DNA of 64,000 nt from a candidate division WOR-3 bacterium (GTDB taxonomy: Bacteria; Hydrothermota; Tepidihabitantia; SM23-42; JAOAFX01), in NCBI GenBank assembly GCA_037444665.1, contig JBBILZ010000002.1, forward strand, positions 1 to 64,000. The letters are read 5' to 3'. The number at the start of each line of letters is the position of its first letter. The first letter of the stretch is position 1. The notes under the pieces are model-generated. The model did no database searches. It saw nothing but the letters and a program-made list of their open reading frames with translations, and was not told the DNA's origin. Below, in pieces: positions 62,301 to 64,000 of the stretch. A program made the translations under genes and the position numbers.

Positions 62301-62606
62301 GGTAAGGTCCTTCCCCAGAGCGTGCTTGCCTGGCTTGAGAGTGATGTTTCAAGAAGATTACGTGCATATACCGGACTTGATTATTTCAGGATTGAAGTAC
62401 CAGTATTTGAATCCGAAGAAAAAACAAAGGTGACTGTAGGCAAATATGTCTCAAGAAATTTATTCGTTACCTACACCTATGATATTACAAGTTATTCTAA
62501 TGAATTTAATGTAGAATATTTTATTGATGACCGCAATGAAATCTTGATTAAACGGGATGAAACCGGTGAATATAGTCTTCAGTACCAGTATCGGATAAGA
62601 TTCTGA
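59349..62606 (+). CDS. Translocation and assembly module TamB-like protein
   Basis: N-terminal TM, beta-taenia repeats, DUF490-like tail (VGKYVSRNLFV.Y...YRIRF). Confidence 0.85.
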   Translation: MKKFIITFTIIAVIIIAGIIAINVVDWGRLTINILKKTTGYDITYEKLDGSIFKGYLLQNYVIKLSATDSIYGKQAQIGYRLSFLSFRLPTLFQINLLEPNINIKAKKPGAETGKFSIPGINLSLRINVKNGRLIYENEKSYEIDHISGLIYIDFLGKNFYITTMNLSLSSPGYPITIYSANISVNISPDKFDLNSFQIKGKGIMLQGSGLYLTKQKDFLLNVKSGNIDFDQIGVMTGKVNFSGKIHFARNKWIPLVQGRAQQIYAFDQFNFESNILGDTIILNVFDGQVLGGNFSAQLKFPNLREYAIETNFRNIDIAQYFKLNRPLLINGKLGFKEHKFFGVVNSPAENGLAIETLYVAGVFEKNKIFIDTLSINEEDLKLVASGMLYPDIELWFKLDKINLERLSALYPLKGFVSGSCNLNGRFSELANTSFDANIGLVDFATGEFYINSSKIKFEKFVWKKGVENLNVEIDSFCFKDYYLNNLSLNIIKDSFIMDASRKNDTLLASGKINGDLTGSIDSLRIVYNETGIANIEPISFDILNKKLGAFRLHFAQGEIYASINDGKISFVDLNLEELSTFIGLKEKIRGRFNLKLEKNTLSVDAHSIFYRGLNNGKVLIRGDYLKNKINIKELSITDDNNQSLTARGIFSLEDSKINLQFKDVRPWVFPFLNSFMDSPDGLMNGEIDFAGNLREFKITGEAEVKNARFGINLIGARFDSGYAKVKFKENQIIFESMKAQVYSVSLLHSTNHSWATGGGIVKLEPKFRVRNLYFDFSFQNAPLQYQNYAYGIGTGNFSVSMKDEVMFYNGNINIKEGVVPVEFGTYLGASGEAEEKEWHINLKLSGDRNIWLRNRDADIEFGGEVYVIKEQTPLYISGTLETKRGNYYWLNHILKITSGKITFIPQEVIDPELDFWAELNTREKDPNTNQEIKIILHCTGPISEPVFEFFSEPPIYSEQDILTYMNLNITWQQLESMKQGEYVGKVLPQSVLAWLESDVSRRLRAYTGLDYFRIEVPVFESEEKTKVTVGKYVSRNLFVTYTYDITSYSNEFNVEYFIDDRNEILIKRDETGEYSLQYQYRIRF

Positions 62607-62775
62607 AGATTATATACATAAGCAAAAGCATATGGAACAGCAGAATGATTAAGAAAACAATTGAAACAGGGAATGCTGAATAGGTTAAAATGCAGAAAAT
62701 ACACAAAAAACAAGCATCTGGAGATATTGACTTCAGCCATTAAATCAGTATAATAATAGTATTATGGAGGTCAAT

Positions 62776-64000
62776 TTGCGTCAAATCTTTGCAATCTTAT
62801 TTTTATTGAGCCTTTGTGGTGCAGAGCGGGTAGTGATAACTAAGGATAAAACTTATAGTCCGCAACCATTTCCTGAATCTAAATTAAAGATTAATCTTGC
62901 AAGTACCAAAGGAATAGAAACATTCTCGGCAAAACAATTTAAGACAATCCATTTTTTTAAGGATTTTGGACTACCCAGACCATTACAAAAAACAAGGCTA
63001 CAAAATTTGAATATTCTCGTTTTAAGGGCTGAGTTTGTTGAAGATAATGATTCACTCTCAACAGGCAATGGCAAGATGGATTTGGTCGGATTTGGTTCAG
63101 TCTCAGATGGTTTGTTCTATGACCCACCCCATACGAAAAAATACTTTGAGCGGCAGATGGATTTTTTACACAATTATTACCGGGCAAACTCTTTTGGCCA
63201 TTGTAATATAAGTTATACAGTGAAACCAGACCGTCCTACTGATAGTTATCAACTTCCCCATAAAATGTCATACTACAGTGGCTTTGACCACTATGATCCA
63301 AAGACCGGCATTGTCTGGTTCAATACCTATGCAATGGAGATGGGAATGGTAAGAATAATAGCGGATGCCATTGCCAGTGCAGACCAGGACCCAAGCATAG
63401 ACTTTTCTGATTATGATGCAATCATTGTCTTTCACGCGGGAACATTGCTCCAGACCGGTATGAATTTTTACAGGTTCTATGATATTCCTTCTGCTACAAT
63501 TCCGCCTGGTGCATTAGAGTATTATCTTGGTGTTCCTTATATAATCGCCAATAATGGAACCGATACAATCCAGTGTCCAGTAAGCCTTTTGTCTGAAATG
63601 GCAAGGGTTGACCAGTATATGGTCGGTGCAATCGGCACTACGGTTCATGAATTTGGTCATATCCTTGGTTTACCTGATCTATACGATGTCACAGGATGGT
63701 CTAATGGTGTTGGAGCATTTGACCTGATGGGCACTGGTGCCTGGACAGGAATGCCTGATGCGGGTGTGCCTGAAGGTTCAATTCCGACAAACCTCGGTGC
63801 CTGGGCAAGATACTTTTTTGGCCACTATACAAATGACCCGGTCTGGGTTGAACCAGTTGTAGTATCACAACCAGAGAGTCTATTGACCTTACGCGCTGCA
63901 GAGGTTGATACCACACAAACAGGTATCGCAAATCAGACAATGATAAAAGTTCCAGTTTCATCAACTGAATTCTTTTTAATAGAGAACCGGCAGCAGGATA
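62776..64000 (+). CDS. M6 family metalloprotease (3' end outside window)
   Basis: Manual translation from TTG 62776 after GGAGG: signal peptide, VFHAG, HEFGHILGLPDLY, LMGTGAW, EFFLIENR; open to the window end. Confidence 0.88.
   Translation, partial: MRQIFAILFLLSLCGAERVVITKDKTYSPQPFPESKLKINLASTKGIETFSAKQFKTIHFFKDFGLPRPLQKTRLQNLNILVLRAEFVEDNDSLSTGNGKMDLVGFGSVSDGLFYDPPHTKKYFERQMDFLHNYYRANSFGHCNISYTVKPDRPTDSYQLPHKMSYYSGFDHYDPKTGIVWFNTYAMEMGMVRIIADAIASADQDPSIDFSDYDAIIVFHAGTLLQTGMNFYRFYDIPSATIPPGALEYYLGVPYIIANNGTDTIQCPVSLLSEMARVDQYMVGAIGTTVHEFGHILGLPDLYDVTGWSNGVGAFDLMGTGAWTGMPDAGVPEGSIPTNLGAWARYFFGHYTNDPVWVEPVVVSQPESLLTLRAAEVDTTQTGIANQTMIKVPVSSTEFFLIENRQQD

Overview
AT-rich bacterial chromosomal segment. 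The lineage cannot be fixed from the window, but the diderm traits (TamAB, beta-barrels, lipoproteins) and a FlgD-Ig/T9SS-like C-terminal domain suggest an FCB-adjacent candidate phylum such as WOR-3 (inference). Most of it is housekeeping: tig-clpP-clpX, pckG, purH, apgM, alaS-recX-recA, nadE, pyrK-D-F-E, tldD, yggS, rpsL-rpsG, tamAB and three tRNAs. Four things stand out. (1) A ~6.4 kb defence/TA islet (7985-14425) holds a frameshifted type IIG restriction-modification gene, two membrane-anchored orphans, VapBC, and a HicA-HicB-SecB toxin-antitoxin-chaperone (TAC) triad whose HicB has an aromatic C-terminal extension. (2) A sigma54-type promoter precedes a type IV minor pilin/PilY1 operon. 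(3) A REP-associated tyrosine transposase has its own hairpin flanks. (4) The intergenic repeats are unusually rich: a mosaic element with 10-, 8-, 7- and 9-mer tandem modules in conserved order at several loci, several GTAG-type REP families, and repeats that have entered coding sequence, including signal peptides. Many genes look leaderless, with TTGACN-16 bp-TATAAT ending 5-8 nt before the start codon. All calls are by-eye motif recognition; no database search was run.
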